Of a DNA stretch of 14,012 nt, positions 6,792 to 14,012 are shown piece by piece. Under the pieces are notes generated by a model. It saw only the letters and a program-made list of their open reading frames with translations. It was not told where the DNA came from and did not search any database. The stretch comes from an archaeon (lineage in GTDB: Archaea > Iainarchaeota > Iainarchaeia > Iainarchaeales > Iainarchaeaceae): contig DATDXA010000064.1 of assembly GCA_035289485.1 (NCBI GenBank), forward strand, positions 1 to 14,012, in the 5' to 3' direction. The position numbers were made by a program, and so were the translations under genes. The first letter of the stretch is position 1. Every line of letters starts with the position of its first letter.

Positions 6792-9404
6792 TCACTTGCT
6801 CTTCATCTTTTCGTATTCCCTCTTAACCGAAATGCTCTTTCCCTTGAAGGACTTTTCAGGGAACACTCCGTCCTCTCCGTACCTGTATTGTATAATGTTC
6901 TTGTTTGCGGTCCTTACTGTTCCGTCATTAACAACAACCAAATCCTTTAGTGAATTCGCAAGCCTTCTGTACAAATATCCTGAGACCTTTGTTGAAACAC
7001 CTGTGTCGACTTCTCCTTGCCTTCCACCCATTGTGTGGTAGAAGTATTCCTTGCTCTCCATTCCTTCCATGAAGTTATGCGTTATGAATCCGCCGGCATC
7101 AATTCCGACATCGCTTCTCCTGTTGAGCCCGATAAGCCTGTTTCTAAATCCTCTTTTAGGCCTGCCTTCCCTAACGGATGCCTGTCCCCACATTCCTGAA
7201 AGGTTTGTAAGGTTGAGTACGGATCCTCTTGACCCTGAAAGTATCATGATGTTGCTGTTAAACTCTGGCTTTTCAACCATTACGCTTTCAACAATTTCCT
7301 TGAGGATGTGCTTTTGTATTTTCTCCTTCGCCCCGAATGCGGCTCTCATCATGTAAATCTCAAAGCTCTCGTTGTAAGTTCTTCCGGGGATTGTTTCAAT
7401 CTGGTTCTTGTGGAACTTCTTTACAACTTCTCCGGCATCATGCCTCATTTCCTCAACAACTTTTTCTCTTAGCTTTAGAACCTTCAGGCTTGGAGCGTAC
7501 TCTTCAAGGCTTACAGTCATTCCAACTTCTGCAATGAAGCTTGAAATAATCTTTGAGACCTTGTCGTAAAATTCAGTTAGCACCGCAGGAGGGTACTCTC
7601 TTGCAATGGCGTCAACGAGCTTTCCTTTTCCTTCACCAAGGCTCATCGAGTCAATGACCCCGCTCTTTAGCTGCCCCTTCTCGATTTTCACGATAAGGTC
7701 ATTCTCGTACGGGTCCTTGAGCGCAGGATGGTTAGGGTCAAGGCCCTTTACATGATTGTAAAATCTTGTCTTGTATTCCATGTTCAAATCCTTTGGAAGC
7801 AGCTGCGAGAAAATCAGCTTTCCGCTGTACTTGTCCTTGCCAACATCCGGCTTTGGAATATCCTCAAGCCCCATTATCTGGAAGTAGCGGAATGCCTGCT
7901 CTTTTGTGAGCACGGTTTGCTTAAGAGTTAGAATGAAGCAGCCTGAAACTCCGTCTTCGTCAAGAATAATTACCGGCGCTCCGTACCTTGGCGAGATGAA
8001 CTGCTTTTCAACTAGCATTAGTTCAGAAGCTTCCGCAATTCCTTCGGGGGTCTGCGGCACGTGCATGTTCATTTCATCGCCATCAAAGTCGGCGTTATAG
8101 GGCTTGCACACAATCGGATTGAGCCTGAAAGTTTTTCCCGGCATAATCTTTGCGTAGTGCGCCATCATTGAAAGCCTGTGAAGCGAAGGCTGCCTGTTGA
8201 AAAGTACTATGTCCCCGTTGCGCAGTTTTCTCTCGACCTTGTAGCCCGGCCCAAGTTCTTTAAGTATGTCTTCCTTGTTCACATCTCCAAGCTTTTTTCT
8301 CATCCCGTCTGCTCTGATAACATAAACGACTTTTCCGTCGTTGATTAGCTGCTTGCATGCCTCAATGTTGTTTGCCGTGACCATTTCAGGAACTGTCATG
8401 TTTTCTGCGATTTCTTGCGGCACTCCGAGCTGATTGATTGAAATCATCGGGTCCGGAGTGATAATTGATCTTGCAGCGAAGTTGACGCGCTTTCCTGTGA
8501 GGTTATACCTAAACCTTCCTTTCTTTCCCTGCAATCTCTGAACAAGCGTGCGAAGAGCCCTTCCGCTCCTGTGCTTTGCTGGCGGCACTCCTGCCGTGTT
8601 GTTGTTGAAATAAGTGGTCACGTGGTACTGGAGCAAATCCCAGAGGTCCTCAATGATTAGCTGCGGCGCTCCCGCATCGATGTTGTCCTTGAGCCTCATG
8701 TTTATTCTTATAATATCAACAAGCTTGTGCGTCAAATCATCTTCGCTCTTTATTCCTGATTCGAGCGTGATGCTTGGCCTTAAATTAATTGGCGGCACCT
8801 GCAGAACCGTCATTATGAACCACTCAGGCCTTAGTTTTCCCTTCTCATATCCAAAAAACTCGAGGTCCTGGTCTGGAATCTTCTCAACCCATTCCCTAAT
8901 CTGTGTTGGGTAAATCCTGTCTTTATCAATGTAAAAGTTGGTCGGCTTGTCAAGCGAGATTACTTTTCTCTCGTGCGCGCAGTGAGGGCATTTCTTTGCC
9001 TTTCTCGCCCTTGTGAGTATTTTCTTTGCAATATCAAGAGAATCATCGCCGATGTAAATCTTGAGCTGCTCAAGCTTGTCATCGGGCATTGCGATTCTTC
9101 CGCAGCCCTGGCATGTTGCCTGCATGAGAACTTCAAGCTTTTTTCCAAATTCACTGTGGCATACAGGCCTTACCATTTCAATATGCCCAAAGTGCCCCGG
9201 GCACTTCTTCATTGTGTTTCCGCATGTTTTGCAGCGAAGCCCCGGGTTGATTACTCCGAGGTGGTTATCCATTAAGCCGCCTTCCATTGGAAAGCCGTCC
9301 TTATCGTAAGTTTCCGGGCTCTTGGTTTCAATCGCAGACATCTTCCTGATTTGTTCTGGCGAGAGTATTCTGAATTCAACAGCCTTGATTCTTTTGAGCA
9401 TCAT
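6792..9404 (-). CDS. rpoA1: DNA-directed RNA polymerase subunit A' (Rpo1N)
   Basis: Catalytic NADFDGD, CPGHFGHIE, FNRQPSLH and GKRVNF motifs. Confidence 0.99.
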   Translation of the reverse strand: MMLKRIKAVEFRILSPEQIRKMSAIETKSPETYDKDGFPMEGGLMDNHLGVINPGLRCKTCGNTMKKCPGHFGHIEMVRPVCHSEFGKKLEVLMQATCQGCGRIAMPDDKLEQLKIYIGDDSLDIAKKILTRARKAKKCPHCAHERKVISLDKPTNFYIDKDRIYPTQIREWVEKIPDQDLEFFGYEKGKLRPEWFIMTVLQVPPINLRPSITLESGIKSEDDLTHKLVDIIRINMRLKDNIDAGAPQLIIEDLWDLLQYHVTTYFNNNTAGVPPAKHRSGRALRTLVQRLQGKKGRFRYNLTGKRVNFAARSIITPDPMISINQLGVPQEIAENMTVPEMVTANNIEACKQLINDGKVVYVIRADGMRKKLGDVNKEDILKELGPGYKVERKLRNGDIVLFNRQPSLHRLSMMAHYAKIMPGKTFRLNPIVCKPYNADFDGDEMNMHVPQTPEGIAEASELMLVEKQFISPRYGAPVIILDEDGVSGCFILTLKQTVLTKEQAFRYFQIMGLEDIPKPDVGKDKYSGKLIFSQLLPKDLNMEYKTRFYNHVKGLDPNHPALKDPYENDLIVKIEKGQLKSGVIDSMSLGEGKGKLVDAIAREYPPAVLTEFYDKVSKIISSFIAEVGMTVSLEEYAPSLKVLKLREKVVEEMRHDAGEVVKKFHKNQIETIPGRTYNESFEIYMMRAAFGAKEKIQKHILKEIVESVMVEKPEFNSNIMILSGSRGSVLNLTNLSGMWGQASVREGRPKRGFRNRLIGLNRRSDVGIDAGGFITHNFMEGMESKEYFYHTMGGRQGEVDTGVSTKVSGYLYRRLANSLKDLVVVNDGTVRTANKNIIQYRYGEDGVFPEKSFKGKSISVKREYEKMKSK

Positions 9405-9485
9405 TTCAACCGCTGCTCCGGTTGGGAGAGCGCCCTATCTTCGGCTTGAGCCTCGATAGGCCTTGCTTCATGCCCGACATTTTCC
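9405..9485 (-). repeat. Structured intergenic element, copy C (upstream of rpoA')
   Basis: mRNA strand GGCCTATCGAGGCTCAAGCCGAAGATAGGGCGCTCTCCCAACCGGAGCAGCGGTTGAA-ATG; 60 of 65 positions match copy D by manual alignment. Confidence 0.92.
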
Positions 9486-9513
9486 GTAATTACACATTTT
9501 CCAATCATGTCAT

Positions 9514-11334
9514 TCACACCTTGTCCGTCAAAATCAATTTCGGGTAAACTCCGAGCGCCTTCAGCTCGTCAAGCAAAAGCTTGAACCCATAGCTCATCTC
9601 AACCGGGTAAATCTTTGAATCATTCACTTCAAGCACGCGCTTTGTCTTTCTTATCTGGTCCTCAAACCCTATCACTCCTGCGGTTTCTGAAACCCACATA
9701 GTGACCTTGTCTGAATCATCAATGAATTTTTCCTGCAAGAGCATTGCCGCTCCGTGCCCTACAAGTGTTTCTCCTTCCATCTCTCCAAACCTCAGGCCGC
9801 CTTCTTTCTCTTTTCCTTCGGTTGGCTGCCTTGTCAGTATCTGCACAGGTCCGCGTGCCCTTGACTGTATCTTATGCGCTGTCATGTGGAAGAGCCTTCT
9901 ATAAGCTACAACTCCTGTAAAAATTTCTCCCTTAATTCTCTGCCCCGTGGTTCCGTCGTAGAAAACTTCCTTGCCATTTGGCTTAAAGCCCGCCTTGTGA
10001 AGCATTGCCTCGATATCTTCTTGCGGCGTTCCGGTGAACGGGGTTCCGTCAATTTGCTCGGCCTTTAGCGAAGCCGCCTTTCCGCCAAGCATCTCAAGCA
10101 AATGCCCAATTGTCATTCTGGAAGGGACCGAGTGCGGGTTCAGTATCAAATCCGGCTTAATTCCATCCGGCGTAAATGGCATGTCCTCTTCAGGAACAAT
10201 CAAGCCAACAACCCCTTTCTGCCCGTGCTTTGAGCTGAACTTGTCCCCGAGCGAAGGAATTCTTTCGCTTCTGATTTTTATTTTCACAAGCTTGTTTCCC
10301 GCGTCGGATTCTGTAACATAAATCTTGTCAACGTGCCCTTCCTTGCCTTTTCTGATTGTAACCGAAGCTTCCCTTCTCTTCTCCTGCACAACACCGAATT
10401 CATTTATCTCCTCAAGGAATCTTGGAGGCGATGTCTTTCCAATCACAACATCATTTTCTCCGATATAGGATTCAAGCTGTATTATTCCATCTTCGCCGAG
10501 TTTTTTGTAAGCTTCAGCGCCCAAAAATCCAACCGTGTCCTCTGGAGGGATTTCGAACTTGTCAATCTGCCCGCCCGGATACCTGTTCTCGGAGCTTTCA
10601 TATACTCTAAAGTAGCTGCTCCTTCCAAGCCCGCGGTCAACCGCGCCCTTGTTCAATACAACAGCATCAAGGATGTTGAATCCGTAAGGCATTATTGCAA
10701 CAACAAAGTTCTGCACCTGCGGCCTCTCATTGAGGCCGATTATGTCCTCGATCTTGGTTTTTACAAGCGCCTTCTGCGGATAATACAAAAGGAAGCTTTC
10801 CGTGTCAGTTCTGAAATTGTAATTGCTTGCGGCAAACCCTTGCGCCTGCTTAAACATCTTGGCCCCGTGCAGCGCCTTTCCTGCCATGTTGTGCTCGAGG
10901 TAGGGAATCATTGCGCTGATTATGCTAAGAATTGCCGCGCCGTCAATTTCAAGGTGCGTGTGCTCTTTTGTGAGCTCGTCAATTTTTGCCGCAATGAAAG
11001 CGTTCTCTTCCTCTTCGGCATCAAGGTATTCAATGTATCCCTGCTCTACAAGATCATTCCAAGTAAGTTTTCCTTCGCGCAGCTGCTTTAGCTGCTCATC
11101 GCCAAGTTTTATTTTGCCGCCATCAACAACAACAAGCGGGCGCTGCACCCTTCCTGCGTCCGTGTTTATGTAAACTTCATTCGTGTCCTCGTGGTATGCG
11201 ACATTTATCTGCTCAGACATCTTGTTCTCGCGCCTGCGGCCTATGATTTCGCGCGTGAGCTTAATTGGGTCATTGTGAAACCCAATCAGCCTTCCGTTAA
11301 TGTAAATTTTTGCATTTTTTGCGCTTTCAGCCAT
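9514..11334 (-). CDS. rpoB1: DNA-directed RNA polymerase subunit B' (Rpo2C)
   Basis: GDKFSSKHGQKG, PDLILNPH, TRQPTEG and GGLRFGEME motifs. Confidence 0.98.
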   Translation of the reverse strand: MAESAKNAKIYINGRLIGFHNDPIKLTREIIGRRRENKMSEQINVAYHEDTNEVYINTDAGRVQRPLVVVDGGKIKLGDEQLKQLREGKLTWNDLVEQGYIEYLDAEEEENAFIAAKIDELTKEHTHLEIDGAAILSIISAMIPYLEHNMAGKALHGAKMFKQAQGFAASNYNFRTDTESFLLYYPQKALVKTKIEDIIGLNERPQVQNFVVAIMPYGFNILDAVVLNKGAVDRGLGRSSYFRVYESSENRYPGGQIDKFEIPPEDTVGFLGAEAYKKLGEDGIIQLESYIGENDVVIGKTSPPRFLEEINEFGVVQEKRREASVTIRKGKEGHVDKIYVTESDAGNKLVKIKIRSERIPSLGDKFSSKHGQKGVVGLIVPEEDMPFTPDGIKPDLILNPHSVPSRMTIGHLLEMLGGKAASLKAEQIDGTPFTGTPQEDIEAMLHKAGFKPNGKEVFYDGTTGQRIKGEIFTGVVAYRRLFHMTAHKIQSRARGPVQILTRQPTEGKEKEGGLRFGEMEGETLVGHGAAMLLQEKFIDDSDKVTMWVSETAGVIGFEDQIRKTKRVLEVNDSKIYPVEMSYGFKLLLDELKALGVYPKLILTDKV

Positions 11335-11412
11335 TCAACCGCTGCTCCGGTTGGGGGAGCGCCCTATCTTCGCCTTGGGGCTCGATAGGCCGTGCTTCGC
11401 ACCAACATTTCC
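11335..11412 (-). repeat. Structured intergenic element, copy D (between rpoB'' and rpoB')
   Basis: mRNA strand GGCCTATCGAGCCCCAAGGCGAAGATAGGGCGCTCCCCCAACCGGAGCAGCGGTTGA-ATG; near-identical to copy C. Confidence 0.92.
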
Positions 11413-11426
11413 AAATGCATTAAGTG

Positions 11427-12893
11427 TCATTTCAATTTCACTCCCATGTCCTTGAGAAGCTTCTCAACCGGCTCCTCTTCCGCTTCCGTTGTGACCTGCG
11501 CGAGCATTGCAAGATTCTTTACAAGCCCACACTGCGGCCCATCAGGCGTTTCGATTGCGCAGAGCCTTCCCCAGTGCGTTCCGTGAACATCACGGGCCTC
11601 ATAAAGTTCCCTGTTCTTGTCAAGCGGCGATTTTACTTTTCTCAAATCGGTCAGAGGCGAGAGGAAATTTACGCGATCCATGAACTTTGAAACTCCTGTG
11701 GCTCTTCCTATCCAATTTCCCGTGCTCATTGCAAACCTTATGCGTTCCGAAACCGCTCCTGGCCTTACAATCGTTGAAATGTTGAGCTTCCTTCTCCTTG
11801 TAACGGTCCTGTCAATCTGGAATTTGAGGTCCTTGATGAAATATTTGAAGCTGTATCTGAAAAGGTGCTCCATTAGTTTTCCTGAAAGCTCAAGCCTCTT
11901 GTTAGAGTAATGGTCCTTATCGTCCTGCTCCCTTAAATTGTACGCCCTTTCAACGGCTTTGGTTGCCATCATCACAAGGTAGTAAGCCTTTGCAAGCCTG
12001 TTTTTAGAATCCTGGCCGATGTGCGGCAAGAGGAACGCATCTATAACTTCTTGCGCCCTTCTGAGCCTGTACTCTTCAACCTGCCCGGGCGCTACAAACT
12101 TTCCAATCTTATCAAGAGCTTCCTTCTCGCTTTTTACAAGCAGGTTTTCGTTATTAATCATGACATCGTTTTGGATTTCTTTCTGGTCAATGAATGCATC
12201 CGTGATTGCCTGCGGGGTTTTGAGCCCGAGAGCTTTTAGAAGAACAAAAAGTTTTAGTTTTCGCGGCGAAGCCGGGAATGTAACTCCAAGAGTTCCATCA
12301 GGGCTTCTTATGATTCTTACCCTTCCCTTGAAGGCCCCTCTTGTGCTGATAACTTCAGCGACGATTTTATCGGACTGCTCGGAAACAATTACCCTGTCTG
12401 AAGCAAGAACTTCCTGGGTCATGAGCGCCTTTTCCGAGCCGTTGATTATGAAGTAGCCGCCAAAATCCATCGAGTCCTCTCCCATTTCAACAAGTTCCTC
12501 GCCGGTCTTTCCATTGAGCCAGCAAAGGTTTGATTTGAGCATCACCGGAAGCTCTCCGATGTAAGTTTCCTTCTTGTCCTGCTCAACATCCCTTCTAAGC
12601 AGCCTCATTGTGAGATGTATCGGGCTTGAATATGTCCTGTTGCGCAGGCGCGCTTCCATCGGCAAAAATCTCTGCCGCGGGGAGCCATCGGCTTCAACAA
12701 TCTGCGGCTTGCGCACGGATATTTTTTCAAATTCAACGCGCACTTCCTCAATTTTCGGAGTGACCTCGTTGTTTTCAACAATGATTTCTGGCAGCTTCTT
12801 TTCCACGAACTGGTTGAAGGAATCAATCTCCATTTTGGCGATGCTCCTGTCCCTGAAGTAGGAATTGATAACAGACCAGCCATCAAATGTCAT
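11427..12893 (-). CDS. rpoB2: DNA-directed RNA polymerase subunit B'' (Rpo2N)
   Basis: EARLRNRTYS, GGYFIINGSEK, DDKDHYSNKRL and ETPDGPQCGLVKNLA motifs; ATGA overlap with the rpoH stop. Confidence 0.98.
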   Translation of the reverse strand: MTFDGWSVINSYFRDRSIAKMEIDSFNQFVEKKLPEIIVENNEVTPKIEEVRVEFEKISVRKPQIVEADGSPRQRFLPMEARLRNRTYSSPIHLTMRLLRRDVEQDKKETYIGELPVMLKSNLCWLNGKTGEELVEMGEDSMDFGGYFIINGSEKALMTQEVLASDRVIVSEQSDKIVAEVISTRGAFKGRVRIIRSPDGTLGVTFPASPRKLKLFVLLKALGLKTPQAITDAFIDQKEIQNDVMINNENLLVKSEKEALDKIGKFVAPGQVEEYRLRRAQEVIDAFLLPHIGQDSKNRLAKAYYLVMMATKAVERAYNLREQDDKDHYSNKRLELSGKLMEHLFRYSFKYFIKDLKFQIDRTVTRRRKLNISTIVRPGAVSERIRFAMSTGNWIGRATGVSKFMDRVNFLSPLTDLRKVKSPLDKNRELYEARDVHGTHWGRLCAIETPDGPQCGLVKNLAMLAQVTTEAEEEPVEKLLKDMGVKLK

Positions 12894-13126
12894 TTGCCGA
12901 CCACCCTGAAATAGATTGTTTTTCCGGCCGTGTGGCTGTTTCTTGTGATTTTAATCAAATCGCCCTTTTTTGCGCCAATTTCTATAATTGCCGAGTCATC
13001 AGGGTCGACGCGGGGAAAACTTGTCAGAGGCGAGCCGAACTTTTCGACAACTTCCTTAACCTTATCATCCTGCACTATTTCGTGCTTGGGAACCAAAAAA
13101 TGCTGCGCAACCCTGTCTAACACCAA
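12890..13126 (-). CDS. rpoH: DNA-directed RNA polymerase subunit H (Rpo5)
   Basis: HFLVPKHEI and GDLIKITRNSHTAGKTIYFRVV motifs. Start is uncertain: TTG 13126 or GTG 13123 follow a GGAG; the ORF track extends to GTG 13162. Confidence 0.95.
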   Translation of the reverse strand: MVLDRVAQHFLVPKHEIVQDDKVKEVVEKFGSPLTSFPRVDPDDSAIIEIGAKKGDLIKITRNSHTAGKTIYFRVVGK

Positions 13127-13258
13127 GCCAATCAAACTCCAATCCTGCTTTTCTAGGTGCACGGCTTACGCGGGGGAAATACGCGTTTGAAACTATTGAA
13201 AAGTTTTAGCCCACACCTTGGAAAAATCGATGAATAAATTAATACTTAAGATACTAGA

Positions 13259-13276
13259 GAAAGGGTTTTAAAGTTA
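13259..13276. promoter_or_regulatory. Candidate TATA element (GAAAGGGTTTTAAAGTTA) in the divergent rpoH / riboflavin kinase intergenic region
   Basis: TTTTAAA on plus and TTTAAAA on minus, about 140 nt upstream of rpoH; direction unresolved. Confidence 0.4.
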
Positions 13277-13431
13277 CCCTGCCTTTTCTAAAATCCCGCT
13301 AATTCCTTTCCCGCTCCTGCTCACCATATATTGTTGTTTTTGAGCTGCCATTTGCTCCAATTATGTAGCTTTCTCTTACCCTTTTTCGTTAAGCAACCCT
13401 TTTTTAAGTAATTCCTAGTGGTTTTTCCTCT

Positions 13432-14012
13432 ATGAAAGAAGAAAATCTCGGCCTTGCCCTTCTGATTGCAAAAAAAGCCGGGCTTTTTGGCAGCGCATTT
13501 GCCTCAACTTCCGAGCTCGCAACCCTCACAGGGTATTCGCAGCAGTCCATTTCACGCAAATTAAGGGAACTTGAATCTGAAGGCGTGCTTTCGCGAAAGG
13601 TTTCCAATTCCGGAATCGAAATCGCGCTCACTGAAAAAGGCCGCAAGGAGCTCGAATCCTTCTACCTCGAGCTTGGGGAAATATTTTCAAAAAAGAAGAA
13701 TGTCTCGCTTAGCGGAAAGGTCCTAAGCGGCCTTGGCGAAGGGACATATTACACCTCAATTCCGCAGTACAAAAAGCAGTTCAAGGACCTTTTGGGCATG
13801 GATATTTTCCTCGGCACCCTAAATTTGGAAGTGAACCCAAGTGAGCGCGCGCTTTTCACGAACTCGGCGCCAATAAAAATCGAAGGCTTCAAAACAGAGC
13901 AGCGCACCTTTGGCGGAATCGATTGCTGGAAATGCACGGTGAACGGCAAAGTTGAAGCCGCGGCAATTCTCCCGCACCGCACAAACCATCCTGCAAATAT
14001 TATTGAAATCAT
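13432..14012 (+). CDS. ribK: CTP-dependent riboflavin kinase with N-terminal winged HTH (RbkR-type); runs off the right edge
   Basis: Manual translation from ATG 13432: STSELATLTGYSQQSISRKLRELESEG (HTH), then GKVLSGLGEGTYY...YKKQFKDLLG..FLGTLN of the archaeal riboflavin kinase. TTTTTTAAG about 24 nt upstream suggests a leaderless transcript. Confidence 0.92.
   Translation, partial: MKEENLGLALLIAKKAGLFGSAFASTSELATLTGYSQQSISRKLRELESEGVLSRKVSNSGIEIALTEKGRKELESFYLELGEIFSKKKNVSLSGKVLSGLGEGTYYTSIPQYKKQFKDLLGMDIFLGTLNLEVNPSERALFTNSAPIKIEGFKTEQRTFGGIDCWKCTVNGKVEAAAILPHRTNHPANIIEI

Noticed and set aside
9434..9460. Hairpin as an archaeal SECIS element
   Set aside because: GAA lies on the 3' side of the internal loop, opposite to the archaeal SECIS pattern as I recall it, and none of the conserved genes has an in-frame UGA.
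9405..11412. Repeats read as a CRISPR array or as terminal repeats of a transposon around rpoB'
   Set aside because: Copies are kilobases apart with no repeat-spacer periodicity, no cas or transposase gene is present, and the enclosed genes are core genes in normal order.
11335..11429. rpoB''/rpoB' split as a frameshift, pseudogene or intron
   Set aside because: The split is at the usual archaeal B''/B' position, both halves have plausible termini, and I saw no convincing bulge-helix-bulge pairing at the spacer ends.
13404..14012. Minus-strand ORFs 13404-13646 and 13749-14012
   Set aside because: Both are antisense to the riboflavin kinase gene, which has clear family motifs on the plus strand.

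Overview
Archaeal genomic window (tentatively a DPANN-type lineage, inferred from the divergent proteins) carrying the RNA polymerase/str cluster on the minus strand: rpo5(H), rpo2N(B''), rpo2C(B'), rpo1N(A'), rpo1C(A''), rpl30e, nusA, rps12, rps7 and EF-2 (truncated at the left edge). About 1.6 kb between rpoA'' and rpl30e holds an RHH/PIN toxin-antitoxin pair with a palindromic operator and an AT-richer lipoprotein gene. A divergent wHTH/CTP-dependent riboflavin kinase gene runs off the right edge. The main finding is a family of four related structured intergenic elements directly upstream of the start codons of EF-2, rps12, rpoA' and rpoB'. They show compensatory base changes, a kink-turn-like GA/GAAGA core (intact in three copies) and a pseudoknot-like module over the ribosome-binding region. 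Each is crossed by a short ORF that stops at the downstream start codon. Several near-invariant RNAP and uS12 motifs are also substituted.
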